NCBI GenBank assembly: GCA_016193485.1
Contig: JACPRZ010000064.1
Span: 52,357 to 116,356, forward strand
DNA length: 64,000 bases
Direction: 5' to 3'
From: Bacteroidota bacterium
Lineage (GTDB): Bacteria > Bacteroidota > Bacteroidia > JACPRZ01
Shown here: in pieces, positions 46,009 through 56,149 of the stretch
Position numbering within the stretch: the first letter of the stretch is position 1
How the letters are laid out: every line of letters starts with the position of its first letter
Notes under the pieces: model-generated
Databases searched by the model: none
What the model saw: only the letters and a program-made list of their open reading frames with translations
What the model was told of the DNA's origin: nothing
Made by a program: the position numbers and the translations under genes

Positions 46009-46740
46009 TCAGGAAGGCCGTTCCAATAAATCCAACCGTTTTTTAAACCTGTAAAGTTCTTTAAAATATAAAAGGGTGTCTCTGAAAACGCGCACCGTGG
46101 ATTTTTTATCCGGCCTGCGCATGAAAAGTCCGTCAACTTCTTTAATTTTATATCCTATGTAAAAAGCAAAAGTCATTATTTCAGTATCAAAAAACCAGTG
46201 TTTATTGCTCGTTAGGGGAGCCAGTGCAAGAAGAACATCTCGCTTGAAAAATTTGAAACCCGATTCGGTGTCCATTATGGGTATTTTAAGCAGAGAACGA
46301 ACAAGAAATTTATATCCCAAACTGAGAAAATGACGGATGATAAAAGAAAGATCGGGTTGAATGGAATAATGCCGCTTTACTATAACCGCATCGGAATTTT
46401 TATCCAGTTCGGTAAGAACAGGCACCAGAAAAATACAAGACACTTCAAGGTCAATATCCAGATAACCTATGTATTTCCCTTCAGCCAGCGGAATTCCGTC
46501 AAGGAAAGCGCCTCCACGGCCTGAATTCTTTTCATGGAACAGAAATTGAATATTGGGAAATCCCTGCGCTATTTGCCTTATTATTTCCCGTGTTCCGTCA
46601 TTGCTGCAATCATCCACAAAAATCATTTCAAAGGAATATCTGGTTTTTGATAGCAATTCAAAAATCGCCTCAAAACTTTTTTGTAAGTGTGACTCCTCAT
46701 TATAGCAGGGTACGATTATGGAAACATCTAAAGTCGCCAT
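46009..46740 (-). CDS. GT2 glycosyltransferase (polyprenol-phosphate glycosyltransferase-like)
   Basis: SIIVPCYNE, VDDCSNDGT, N.GRGGA, YLDID, DTESGFKF, WFFDTE. Confidence 0.92.
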   Translation of the reverse strand: MATLDVSIIVPCYNEESHLQKSFEAIFELLSKTRYSFEMIFVDDCSNDGTREIIRQIAQGFPNIQFLFHEKNSGRGGAFLDGIPLAEGKYIGYLDIDLEVSCIFLVPVLTELDKNSDAVIVKRHYSIQPDLSFIIRHFLSLGYKFLVRSLLKIPIMDTESGFKFFKRDVLLALAPLTSNKHWFFDTEIMTFAFYIGYKIKEVDGLFMRRPDKKSTVRVFRDTLLYFKELYRFKKRLDLLERPS

Positions 46741-46852
46741 TGCCGGTCAGATTAAAACCTGATACCGAAAGCCAAAGTAGATAAATAACATTCGGGTAAG
46801 ATTAAATACGCATTAAATTCCGGGAACCGGGCGCTAATGTATCATTTGCTTT

Positions 46853-47575
46853 TTATATATGCGGATTATTCCCTACAAACTTAACGAGCACATGCTTGGC
46901 GATGGGAAGGAATGTCTCATTGACCGGCAGGGTGAGTTCGCTTTCAATGGCATAGGTGGCGGGGTTAGGTAAATCCTTTTTTGTTTTCACCAGATCGCTC
47001 TTTATTGTTTCCATTGTGTTTACAATGGTTTTCGGATATGATGCAATATATGTGGTGTGGATACCTTTATACTTGTCATCATCTTTTTCAATCAGGGTGA
47101 TATGATACTGGTAAATTTCGGTATCCCTGTTGCTGTTATCCCGCAGGAACATATATCCTTCATCCGGATATAACGGAACAATTCCGACAGGATAAATATG
47201 CATGCGCTCTTCAATGAAATCATAAATTTTCTTTCCCTCACCGGCATACTGCGCAAAAAGAGGCAGGGCGAAATCAATGATGTTGCGGAGTTCCTGCATC
47301 AGTGAATCGTCATTGATAATCTTTTCATAAGCAACCATCATATTTTCAATGTCAACAGATTTTATTTTCTGAGGAAACATTCCCGAAAGATTATCGGTGT
47401 TGTCCTTCAAGGCAATAAGATTTTTGTAGTGAAGGATTATATCCCGCAGGTATGGATAGAGGCGGTTATGTTCAAATTTTTTTTCCACCGATTGCAGATA
47501 GGCAAGCAGTATATACTTCTTGTATTCAAAATCAATACACTTTTCAGTGATCCAGTTATTGCTGAGGTTATCCAT
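46853..47575 (-). CDS. Conserved Bacteroidota hypothetical protein
   Basis: 240-aa ORF, NWIT...IDFEYKKYILLAYLQ...ETFLPIAK pattern. Confidence 0.75.
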   Translation of the reverse strand: MDNLSNNWITEKCIDFEYKKYILLAYLQSVEKKFEHNRLYPYLRDIILHYKNLIALKDNTDNLSGMFPQKIKSVDIENMMVAYEKIINDDSLMQELRNIIDFALPLFAQYAGEGKKIYDFIEERMHIYPVGIVPLYPDEGYMFLRDNSNRDTEIYQYHITLIEKDDDKYKGIHTTYIASYPKTIVNTMETIKSDLVKTKKDLPNPATYAIESELTLPVNETFLPIAKHVLVKFVGNNPHI

Positions 47576-47770
47576 AAGAACAACAACTTTATGGGTATGA
47601 GCCCGTCTTTGCGCAAGATATATACGATAAAAGTGCGTTTTTGTTATCCCTTTTTGAAGTTACTAACAATAAGTTGTTTATATTGAAATATATCCCCGTG
47701 CGCAGATGTTTCCAAAATTATCAAATTTGTACTCAGGAAATCTATTTATCTTTACAACCTTTCTAATTCT

Positions 47771-48766
47771 ATGAAGAACACGTTTCTCATTCTCACAAGT
47801 ACCATTCTCTTTTCATGCGTTTCACCGCGGGTGGTGGAAGACATGAAAGTCCGCATGCAGCGGATGGAAGTGGATAATACATCCCTGAAAACCCAGAATG
47901 AGCAGTTATCTGTTAAAAGCAAGGAGATGGAGTTGCAGATTGAGAAACTTAACAAACAGTTGAGTGGCCTTAGCCACGATACAACGGTCATGTCCCGGTC
48001 GTTACGTGTGACCACCTCCAATTACGATAAACTGAGCCAGACCTATGAAGAACTGCTCGAAAAAAACCGTGAACTGCTGGCGGGAAGTAAATCCCAGACA
48101 GGCCAGTTGATGCAGCAGTTGCAGAAAACCGAAGAGGACCTTCAGAAACGGGAAGACCGCCTGAAAGAAATAGAACGCGAGATGAATGAAAAAAAAGCAT
48201 CGCTTGAAGAGATGACCGTGCAACTTCAGGCGCGTGAAACGACCCTTAAAGAACTGCAGACAATACTTGACGAAAAAGACAAGCAGGTAACCGCATTACG
48301 GGAGAAAGTTTCCCAGGCGCTGCTCGGTTTTGAAAATAAGGGACTGACGGTAACCCAGAAAGAGGGAAAGGTATTTGTATCGTTAGAGGAACAATTGCTC
48401 TTTAAATCGGGCAGTTATACGGTGGATCAGAAGGGTTTGGAAGCGTTGAAAAAACTTGCCAAGGTATTGGAAACGCAGAAGGAAATCAGCGTGCTGATTG
48501 AAGGACACACAGATAACGTTTCCTATATTCCGAGCGGCAACATTAAAGATAACTGGGACCTTAGCGTGATGCGCGCTACATCTGTTGTGAAAATTCTTCA
48601 GGCAAATGGTGTTGCCATTGACCCTAAACAATTAACTGCAGCGGGAAGAGGCGAATACATGCCTGTTGACCCGGCAAATACACCTGAAGCGCGCCAGAAA
48701 AACAGAAGAATTGAAATCATCCTCACACCAAGGTTGGATGAATTGTTTCAGATAATCAATAAATAA
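47771..48766 (+). CDS. OmpA/MotB-domain coiled-coil lipoprotein
   Basis: Lipobox LFSC, long coiled coil, IEGHTD, NWDLSVMRA, NRRIEIIL. Confidence 0.92.
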   Translation: MKNTFLILTSTILFSCVSPRVVEDMKVRMQRMEVDNTSLKTQNEQLSVKSKEMELQIEKLNKQLSGLSHDTTVMSRSLRVTTSNYDKLSQTYEELLEKNRELLAGSKSQTGQLMQQLQKTEEDLQKREDRLKEIEREMNEKKASLEEMTVQLQARETTLKELQTILDEKDKQVTALREKVSQALLGFENKGLTVTQKEGKVFVSLEEQLLFKSGSYTVDQKGLEALKKLAKVLETQKEISVLIEGHTDNVSYIPSGNIKDNWDLSVMRATSVVKILQANGVAIDPKQLTAAGRGEYMPVDPANTPEARQKNRRIEIILTPRLDELFQIINK

Positions 48767-48785
48767 TCCTTTGAATTTTTAATTT

Positions 48786-51620
48786 TTAATGCGCCTTTAA
48801 CCAGTTCTCTCCGGTATTAATATCTACCTCAATGGGAACTTTCATCGGAATTGCATTTTTCATCGCATCTTCAACTATCCCGCGCAAATCCACCTCTTCT
48901 TCCCGGTGCATATCAAAGACAAGTTCGTCATGAACCTGCAGAACCATTTTTGACCGGAACCGGTTTTTTTCCAATTGAGCGTAAATTATTATCATCGCCA
49001 CTTTTATCATATCGGCAGCAGTTCCCTGTATAGGCATGTTGATGGCATTGCGTTCGGCCATACCGCGCACCACCGCATTCTGCGATTGAATATCAGGTAA
49101 AAATCTTTTTCTTCCCATCAATGTCTCCACATAACCGTGTTCGCGGCAGGAGGCAACGGTTATCTCCATATAATTTTTGACGTTGGGATATTTGGTAAAA
49201 TATTGTCCTATGATTTCTGCCGCCTCCCTTCGGGGTATTCCTAACCGCTCCGATAAACCGAATGCTGATATACCGTAAATGATCCCGAAATTTACGGTTT
49301 TGGCTTTCCTTCGCATTTCCGGAGTTACTCCACTGATTTCAACACCGAAAATTTTCGATGCGGTAGAGGCATGGATATCCTGACCTTCTTTAAAAGCAGC
49401 AATAAGGGCTCCATCTCCGCTCAATTCAGCCATTATGCGCAGTTCAATCTGCGAGTAATCAGCCGAAAGCAGCAGGTGATCCTCATCGCGCGGCACAAAC
49501 GCTTTGCGCACTTCCCTGCCCTTTGCCGTACGGATGGGTATATTCTGAAGGTTCGGGTTGTCGGAACTCAAACGGCCTGTTACCGCAACGGCCTGGTTAA
49601 AGGTGGTATGTATCCTGCCGCTGGTTTTACTGATGAGTTCAGGAAAAGCATCTACGTATGTGGATTTCAGTTTCTGCAGTTCGCGGATATCAAGAATAAG
49701 CGGGACAACAGGGTGCTTTGCGGCCAGTTGCTGTAAAACATCTTCCCTGGTTGAAAACTGACCCTTCTCGGTTTTTTTCGGCTTATCGGTAATTTTAAGG
49801 TGATTGTACAGAACATCAGCCAATTGTTTTGGCGAAGCGATATTGAATCGCCTGCCTGCAATTTGGTGAATATCTTTTTCGATGCGGATGATCTCCTCAT
49901 CCAGTTCGGAAGAATATTTTTTCAGAGTGTCCGTATCAAGCCGGATTCCCTCTTTTTCCATAGCAGCGAGAACATATATAAGAGGCATTTCGGTTTCATT
50001 AAACAATTTTACCAAACCCTGTTCATGGAGCATTTTTTCAAAAATAATTTTCAATTGCAGGGTAATATCGGCATCCTCGCAAGTGTATTCTGCAATTTTT
50101 TCAACGGGAACATTCCTCATACTTCCCTGTTTCTTTCCTTTTTTACCTATCAACGCTTCAATGGGAACCGGTGAATAGTTAAGATATGCCGCTGCCATGT
50201 CGTCCATGTTATGTGGCGCTCCGGGAAGAATAAGATAATGCGCTACCATCGTATCGAACAATTCACCGGCACAATGAATACCGTACCGGCCAAGAACCGC
50301 GAGGTCGAACTTTATATTCTGCCCGATTTTACGGATTGCGGGATCCTGAAAGATTTCCCGGAATTCGCCAAGAATTTTCATTGTTTCCTCCATCTCCTCC
50401 GGCAACGGAATAAAAAACGCCTCATGCGGCCTGACTGCAAAAGCAATTGCTACAATCTCACACTCATGCGGATTTAATCCCGTTGTTTCGGTATCAAAAC
50501 AGAATTCCCGTGCCGCACCAAGATCACGGATCAGTTTTTTTCTTTTTTCGGCAGTATCAATCAGGTGGTATTCATGCTGTATTGACTTTACGGTTTCCTT
50601 TTCAGTTGCCGGAGGAAGCGGTGATGGTTCAGTATCAATTCTCCCATCCCCCCCTTTTCCAAAAGTAGAATGAGTTGTTTCAGTGAAAAACGAAAGTTGT
50701 CCGCTTTCCGGTTCTTTTTCTTTTTGCGGTATTATCTTACTTTCCGTTTTTCCCATCAGCCGTTCAAGCGGCCTGCGGAATTCCAGTTCGGAAAAGATTT
50801 GTTTCAGCGCATCACGGTTGGGCTCGCCATGCCTGAACTTTTCTTCATCAAACGAAACAGGTACATTGCGGATAATGGTTGCGAGTTTTTTAGAAAATAA
50901 TGCCTGCTCAGAAAATTTTTCAATGTTCTCCTTTAACTTCCCGGTTAAAGATGATGTGTTTTGCAGGAGGTTCTCGACACTTCCATACTGCTGAATAAGT
51001 TTAATTGCCGTCTTTTCCCCGATTCCCGGAACACCGGGTATATTATCCGATGCATCGCCAGCCAATCCTAAAATATCAGTCACTTTTTTCGGATCGTCAA
51101 TTTCCCATCTCTCACAGATTTCTTTCACTCCCATCACCGTCACTTCATTTCCCATCCGCGGGGGTTTGTACAACAAAGTGGAGGTAGTGACAAGTTGTCC
51201 GAAATCTTTGTCCGGAGTCATCATCAGGGTAGTAAACCCGCTTTTTTCGGCTTGCATTGCAAGTGTACCGATGATATCATCCGCTTCGAAACCGGGCATG
51301 ATAATTACCGGTATATTAAAACCTTCAATGATTTTCCGTATATGCGGAATCGCAAAAACAATTGCCTCCGGAATTTCCATCCGGTGCGCTTTATATTCTG
51401 CAAATTCTTTATGGCGTTCTGTGGGCTCCTGCGAGTCAAAGGCGACACCGATGTGCGTGGGTTTTGCATTTTTCAGCACATCCATCAGGGTATTAGTGAA
51501 ACCGAATATTGCCGACACATTCTGATTCTTTGAATTTACCAGCGGGTTTTTTGAATATGCGAAGTAAGCCCTGTAGATCAGCGCCATTGCATCCAGGAGG
51601 AAAAGCCGCTTTTCAGTCAT
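48786..51620 (-). CDS. polA: DNA polymerase I
   Basis: 5'-3' exonuclease (LLDAMAL, EADD, GDASDNIPG), 3'-5' exonuclease (FDTETTG), polymerase (SADYSQIELR, NFGIIYG, QVHDE). Confidence 0.98.
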   Translation of the reverse strand: MTEKRLFLLDAMALIYRAYFAYSKNPLVNSKNQNVSAIFGFTNTLMDVLKNAKPTHIGVAFDSQEPTERHKEFAEYKAHRMEIPEAIVFAIPHIRKIIEGFNIPVIIMPGFEADDIIGTLAMQAEKSGFTTLMMTPDKDFGQLVTTSTLLYKPPRMGNEVTVMGVKEICERWEIDDPKKVTDILGLAGDASDNIPGVPGIGEKTAIKLIQQYGSVENLLQNTSSLTGKLKENIEKFSEQALFSKKLATIIRNVPVSFDEEKFRHGEPNRDALKQIFSELEFRRPLERLMGKTESKIIPQKEKEPESGQLSFFTETTHSTFGKGGDGRIDTEPSPLPPATEKETVKSIQHEYHLIDTAEKRKKLIRDLGAAREFCFDTETTGLNPHECEIVAIAFAVRPHEAFFIPLPEEMEETMKILGEFREIFQDPAIRKIGQNIKFDLAVLGRYGIHCAGELFDTMVAHYLILPGAPHNMDDMAAAYLNYSPVPIEALIGKKGKKQGSMRNVPVEKIAEYTCEDADITLQLKIIFEKMLHEQGLVKLFNETEMPLIYVLAAMEKEGIRLDTDTLKKYSSELDEEIIRIEKDIHQIAGRRFNIASPKQLADVLYNHLKITDKPKKTEKGQFSTREDVLQQLAAKHPVVPLILDIRELQKLKSTYVDAFPELISKTSGRIHTTFNQAVAVTGRLSSDNPNLQNIPIRTAKGREVRKAFVPRDEDHLLLSADYSQIELRIMAELSGDGALIAAFKEGQDIHASTASKIFGVEISGVTPEMRRKAKTVNFGIIYGISAFGLSERLGIPRREAAEIIGQYFTKYPNVKNYMEITVASCREHGYVETLMGRKRFLPDIQSQNAVVRGMAERNAINMPIQGTAADMIKVAMIIIYAQLEKNRFRSKMVLQVHDELVFDMHREEEVDLRGIVEDAMKNAIPMKVPIEVDINTGENWLKAH

Positions 51621-51943
51621 CTTTTAAATAATTTCATTAGCCGTTGTCCGATTTTTTTTTCGCGATCCCAGAAAAAACCGAATTGACCGAATACCAAAGC
51701 CCAGGCAAGAAGCACTACCTGGTAAACAACCGGAATGAGAATAATATGCATTACCGTATTAAGTACCGGTGACTTTTCATGGGTAATACCCATAAGGTTC
51801 AACAGGAATAACTGCACTTTCAGTATTGACATTCCGGCAAGGGAAAATACGAGGAGGATGATTATGATCTGGAGGTTGGAAGTAATGCCCCATTTTGTTT
51901 TAAGTCGGGTGAAAAGGGTGGTGAATTTTTTGGGAAAAGGCAT
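51617..51943 (-). CDS. Small membrane protein (DUF6787-like)
   Basis: LKTKWGITSN.Q..IILLVF, YQV.LL..FGQF.FFW..EKK. Confidence 0.7.
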   Translation of the reverse strand: MPFPKKFTTLFTRLKTKWGITSNLQIIIILLVFSLAGMSILKVQLFLLNLMGITHEKSPVLNTVMHIILIPVVYQVVLLAWALVFGQFGFFWDREKKIGQRLMKLFKR

Positions 51944-51963
51944 ACAACATCACTATTTTATTA

Positions 51964-53256
51964 TTACTCCATTGTTTTCAACATCTCCTTTGCTTCTAGG
52001 CGGTAGCGGTTCTCTTTTGAAGATAATTCCCCGAGGGCCTGGCGGGCTTTATCTTTTTCATTCAGTTTCAGGTGACATTCGGCTTTGCGGTAAAGCGCTT
52101 CATGGTAATGCTTAAGGGATTTTATCTGTATTACTTTTTCGAAATATTCCACTGCTTTTCTGCAATCATTCAGATTATAGGCGCTCATACCGGCATAAAA
52201 TAATCCGTCATAATTGTATTGTTCCGGAGGTAAAACCTTTTGTTCAATAAATGCAAGCGCTCCTTTATAATCTTTTGAATTGTACTTTTCGACCGCACTG
52301 TCTATTGGCTGAGCCATATCGCCTCTTTCCGCCTGTGTAGCGGTTACACTACTAAAAGCGACAGCGGGTTTAGCAGCACCGGCTGCATCTCTTGCCACAG
52401 TTTTTTTCGAACGCGCATCATCCCTCTCTTTCTTTTGTTCTTCCAGCAATGCAATTTCTTTTTCCGGTTCACTGGTTTCTTCCTTCCGGGTGGCTACCGG
52501 CATATCCGCTTCATTGTAGCCGGGTTTTTGTTCTCTTTCCTCTGCAGCATCCGTTACCGGAAGCGGTTTTGATTCCCCTGTTGCACCGCCTAAGGTAGCG
52601 GGTTCAGCGGGTATGACTTTGGTTTCCGTTGTAGTTTGTACGACTTGTCCGAAATAGGCGACTTCTCCCTTCTTCTTCTCTTCTTGATTTTTATCTCCTG
52701 CAGTTGCACCCGTTGCTCTTTTCCCGCTTACGGAAAGTTCATCAGCCGCTACTCTTTCTTCCCCTGCTTCTCCTGTCGAACTTTCAGTTACAGGACCTGC
52801 CGGTTTTCCTTCGGGTGGCTTTGAAACCGTTTCTTCTCCGTTTTGCGCCCTTTCCAGTTCCGTATTCTGAGCAATGGATTTATCCTCTTTTTGTTGTAAT
52901 GGCAAAGAGATTTTCAAAATAATTCCTGCAACAATGATGAGCAAAAACGATGCAGCAACAGCATAACGAATGCGTTTATCTTTCCAGACAATCTGTGGAA
53001 ACGGGATAATTTTATCCGGGACTTTTTTTTCGCTCACACGTGCATCAATTGCTTTATGCAATTCTGCGGCAATTACCGGAGTAAGTTCTTTGTGTTCCAT
53101 CTCCATCATTCCGTCAACTGCATCCGAGCATAACGGGCACCCGGCAAGATGAAGTTCAACTTCACGTACTTCTGCGACAGATAACTTCTTATTCAGGTAT
53201 CCGTCAAGTTGCTCAGCAGATAAACACTCTGTATTTTTGTAAAAATCCTGTATCAT
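51964..53256 (-). CDS. Putative zinc-finger anti-sigma factor with TM segment and C-terminal TPR
   Basis: HLAGCPLC, a single TM, low-complexity linker and TPRs; follows an ECF sigma gene. Confidence 0.8.
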   Translation of the reverse strand: MIQDFYKNTECLSAEQLDGYLNKKLSVAEVREVELHLAGCPLCSDAVDGMMEMEHKELTPVIAAELHKAIDARVSEKKVPDKIIPFPQIVWKDKRIRYAVAASFLLIIVAGIILKISLPLQQKEDKSIAQNTELERAQNGEETVSKPPEGKPAGPVTESSTGEAGEERVAADELSVSGKRATGATAGDKNQEEKKKGEVAYFGQVVQTTTETKVIPAEPATLGGATGESKPLPVTDAAEEREQKPGYNEADMPVATRKEETSEPEKEIALLEEQKKERDDARSKKTVARDAAGAAKPAVAFSSVTATQAERGDMAQPIDSAVEKYNSKDYKGALAFIEQKVLPPEQYNYDGLFYAGMSAYNLNDCRKAVEYFEKVIQIKSLKHYHEALYRKAECHLKLNEKDKARQALGELSSKENRYRLEAKEMLKTME

Positions 53257-53309
53257 TGGGTATTAATAAATTAAACTTTCAACAAGTGTATTTTCCCTTT
53301 GTCACCTTG

Positions 53310-53963
53310 TCATGTCTTCATGCCTTCCTTCCCTCCTGTTTTTATTCCCTCCTGCCCACTCACCTTCTTCTTTCCGGTCATCATCAGCAAAAGATTTCTT
53401 TTCCCGTTCTGGATAAAACTTTTCACCTTCATATAGGTGAAGCCCGTCAGGGCGCAAATTTCGTCATAACTTTTCTCCTGTAAATAAAAGAGGTCAATGC
53501 ATATCCGTTGTTCGTTGTTCAGTTCTTTCACTGCCGCCTCCAGTTTCTGCAGTTGTTTTTCTTTTTCCTGCGCCCCATCGGGATGCACCCTGAAGGGAAA
53601 ATCCACAACCGTGCGGACATCGTCATCCTCGTCTTCATGGGCTGCACGCGGTATTTCTACAAACTTTTTATTGCCCCGCAATTGCATCAGGCAATGGTTT
53701 TTTGCCACCTCACGCAGCCAACCCCTGAAGTTCTCAATTTCGTGTTTGCGGAGATCGACTATCAACTTTTCAAATATCTGCATCACGCCATCTTTGGCAT
53801 CTTCTTCCCTTATAAGATATTTTATACAAACGAAAAAGACGAGGTGGGAATAACGTTTATACAGTTGCCCGATGAGCGCGAGGTCACCGGTTTGCCTGTA
53901 GGCATTCAGGATTTCGTTGTCGTTTACAGAAAGCACCTGGAAATAATTATGAACAGAGGTCAA
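53310..53963 (-). CDS. ECF RNA polymerase sigma-70 factor
   Basis: LYKRY..LVF, F.GWL..VAKNHCL, EQR.CIDLFY..KSY.EI, VKSFIQNGKRNL. Confidence 0.92.
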   Translation of the reverse strand: MTSVHNYFQVLSVNDNEILNAYRQTGDLALIGQLYKRYSHLVFFVCIKYLIREEDAKDGVMQIFEKLIVDLRKHEIENFRGWLREVAKNHCLMQLRGNKKFVEIPRAAHEDEDDDVRTVVDFPFRVHPDGAQEKEKQLQKLEAAVKELNNEQRICIDLFYLQEKSYDEICALTGFTYMKVKSFIQNGKRNLLLMMTGKKKVSGQEGIKTGGKEGMKT

Positions 53964-53988
53964 CTGAATTATTACACAATGACATCAT

Positions 53989-55548
53989 TTACCCAAAACC
54001 ACCTTCCGCATAAGTATAAAATAGTCCCGGATCATCCCGGAAGGCAATCAGTTTTTTTATTTTACCCGGCTGCGCCCAGTTCATTGTACCTTCCATTTTC
54101 AGTGAAAGAAGGTACTCTTCAATTTTTTTATCCTGCAGGGAATGAAGGACCTGATTTGCTTCGGGTAATGAATGTACGGGGATATAGGCCTGTAATGACT
54201 GATTTGCCTGCCAATATCCGGGGAATATCTTAGGTATAAATTCTTTTTTACCATAGGACTCCCAAACGATTTTGTACGGATAAAAATTATATTCACCCAC
54301 CCCAAATAAAGCCCACCATATATCTCTTTTTATCCACGTGTTAATCATTATTCCCTTTCGGGTTAACAGATGATTTTTATGCATCATAAGAAATGCCATT
54401 AGTTTTTCTTCTTTTACCAGTTGACTTACGGTAAGCGGCCTACCGTTTGTGTTGTACGGCAGGACAACCCATTTACCAGGGACAGGATTATCCTCCTTAA
54501 AATTTTTAGCCGTTAATAACGGATAAACATATTTTTCAGGTAAAATAACTGTCCGACTGGGAGTAAGACAACAATGATATTCATCCATCGTTTCATAATA
54601 ATCAAAAAAGAACGTTTCGTTTGCACCGCATGTGTTAATTCCCTGCCTTGGCATAGATTTCTTTCCGATAACTATCGGATTGAAATTTTTAAGGGGATTG
54701 TATTCCGAATCCTTCAATATGCTCAATGGATCAGTTTCATTCATTAAAGGCCTGGCATGATATTTTTTCCAGTTATTGTTTTCCCATCTGAGATAAGGGA
54801 TGGGAAATTTTTGTTTTTTATTGCTTTTAAAATGAACCAGTCCGTATCTGGTTAAAATGTCGTCAAAAATAAAATTATCATTAAAATCAAATACTTTATC
54901 AATGCAGTAATAAATATCATTAATTTTATAGGTTCTGAATTGTTTGTTAGCCCCGTCATTCAATAAAAGAGATAAAGGCATAAAGAAAACGGATTCACCG
55001 TCAATTTTCAGATTTTTTTCTATGACTTTCTGAATTACCAGGGCAGCAATATCAATCCGGGAGCCGCCCAGTAATAAATCCTGCGGATTTCCGATTAAAT
55101 CATATTGATAAAATAATGGTTTGATTTTTACTTTATAGTCACCCGGCAAATCAACAAAGTTCTGCCAGGGAGGATTACCGAAAACAATATCGTATTTTCG
55201 TTCATCATTAAGGAAAAAAATATCCTTATTCAGAAAATTACCCGCAGGCAGAGAAAGTTCATAACGTTCTTTAATGTTCCTGAAAAACTTTTTAATGAAT
55301 TCAGCATGCAACTCAACACCAAATAAATTCTCAACAGGCAATTCAGAACTATTTATTCGTTTTTCATAACCGGTGGCAATTAAAGCTTCAAATAAATTTC
55401 CTTCTCCCATAGTGGGATCAAAAATGGTCATCCCAGACATCCATTTATCAAATAAATTAAATTCTTTAATTGCAAATTTTGCCCACTTAACCGGAGTGAA
55501 AACTACACCGATTTCAGGATCTTTCGAAATATTTTGAGTGGCGGTCAT
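53989..55548 (-). CDS. Gamma-class amino (N6-adenine-type) DNA methyltransferase
   Basis: GVVFTP, FDPTMGEGNL (motif I), GVE, FGNPPW (motif IV), followed by a TRD. Confidence 0.85.
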   Translation of the reverse strand: MTATQNISKDPEIGVVFTPVKWAKFAIKEFNLFDKWMSGMTIFDPTMGEGNLFEALIATGYEKRINSSELPVENLFGVELHAEFIKKFFRNIKERYELSLPAGNFLNKDIFFLNDERKYDIVFGNPPWQNFVDLPGDYKVKIKPLFYQYDLIGNPQDLLLGGSRIDIAALVIQKVIEKNLKIDGESVFFMPLSLLLNDGANKQFRTYKINDIYYCIDKVFDFNDNFIFDDILTRYGLVHFKSNKKQKFPIPYLRWENNNWKKYHARPLMNETDPLSILKDSEYNPLKNFNPIVIGKKSMPRQGINTCGANETFFFDYYETMDEYHCCLTPSRTVILPEKYVYPLLTAKNFKEDNPVPGKWVVLPYNTNGRPLTVSQLVKEEKLMAFLMMHKNHLLTRKGIMINTWIKRDIWWALFGVGEYNFYPYKIVWESYGKKEFIPKIFPGYWQANQSLQAYIPVHSLPEANQVLHSLQDKKIEEYLLSLKMEGTMNWAQPGKIKKLIAFRDDPGLFYTYAEGGFG

Positions 55549-55555
55549 AGGAATG

Positions 55556-56068
55556 TTACCCTGAATAAACTATTCTTGCTTTCTTTTTCTCAACAAGATC
55601 CTCAATAAATTTGCAACCAAAACTTTTATGTCCAGCAGTTGAACCCTTTCGTCCTTTCTTTCTTATAATTTGATTCATCAATACTTTTTGTTTTACGCGG
55701 ATAATTTTTTCAACTTCAAATCCGTCTCGCCAGGCAAAATAAAAATGTGAGCACTTGCGATATTTTTTTACTTTATTCTTAGACAGCCAATGAAACTGAA
55801 AAGAACCAGTGTATTTATCTTCTTTTTTGGCAACACACTTGTATTCAACAGGATTATTATGTTTATCCAGAGCATCGGCTCCCTGTGTTCCTATATTATA
55901 TTTATGCCCCAGACAAGTGGCAATCAGCAAGTCGACATATCCTTCATTATACAAAAGATTTTTTATAGCCATTTTTCCACCAATTTCAACCCCCTGCCTG
56001 AGTTTTTTGATTATATTATTTATTTTTCTCTTTACGGCAGGATCGGAGCAGTCAATGTAATTAGTCAT
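55556..56068 (-). CDS. PvuII-like type II restriction endonuclease
   Basis: GADALD...VEYK, SFQFH, KKYR..FYFAW.DG resemble R.PvuII (GNDAVD..YELK, FSTHH, AKYR..WIFA); similar size; adjacent MTase. Confidence 0.65.
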   Translation of the reverse strand: MTNYIDCSDPAVKRKINNIIKKLRQGVEIGGKMAIKNLLYNEGYVDLLIATCLGHKYNIGTQGADALDKHNNPVEYKCVAKKEDKYTGSFQFHWLSKNKVKKYRKCSHFYFAWRDGFEVEKIIRVKQKVLMNQIIRKKGRKGSTAGHKSFGCKFIEDLVEKKKARIVYSG

Positions 56069-56091
56069 TGTGTTTGAATCCTTTTCACATG

Positions 56092-56099
56092 CAAAGGTA
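56092..56099 (-). promoter_or_regulatory. -7 promoter element for the R-M pair
   Basis: Reverse complement is TACCTTTG. Confidence 0.55.
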
Positions 56100-56149
56100 A
56101 GGCAATTTAAATAAGGAATGGTAATAATCCCGGAAACCTGATTATCAGA

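Noticed and set aside
47771-48766. Flagellar MotB
   Set aside because: It is a lipoprotein with no motA or flagellar neighbours; a generic OmpA-like peptidoglycan-binding protein.
53508-54233. 241-aa plus-strand ORF and other long antisense ORFs (e.g. 32890-33564, 28153-28671)
   Set aside because: They are shadows of well-supported opposite-strand genes and carry no motifs of their own.
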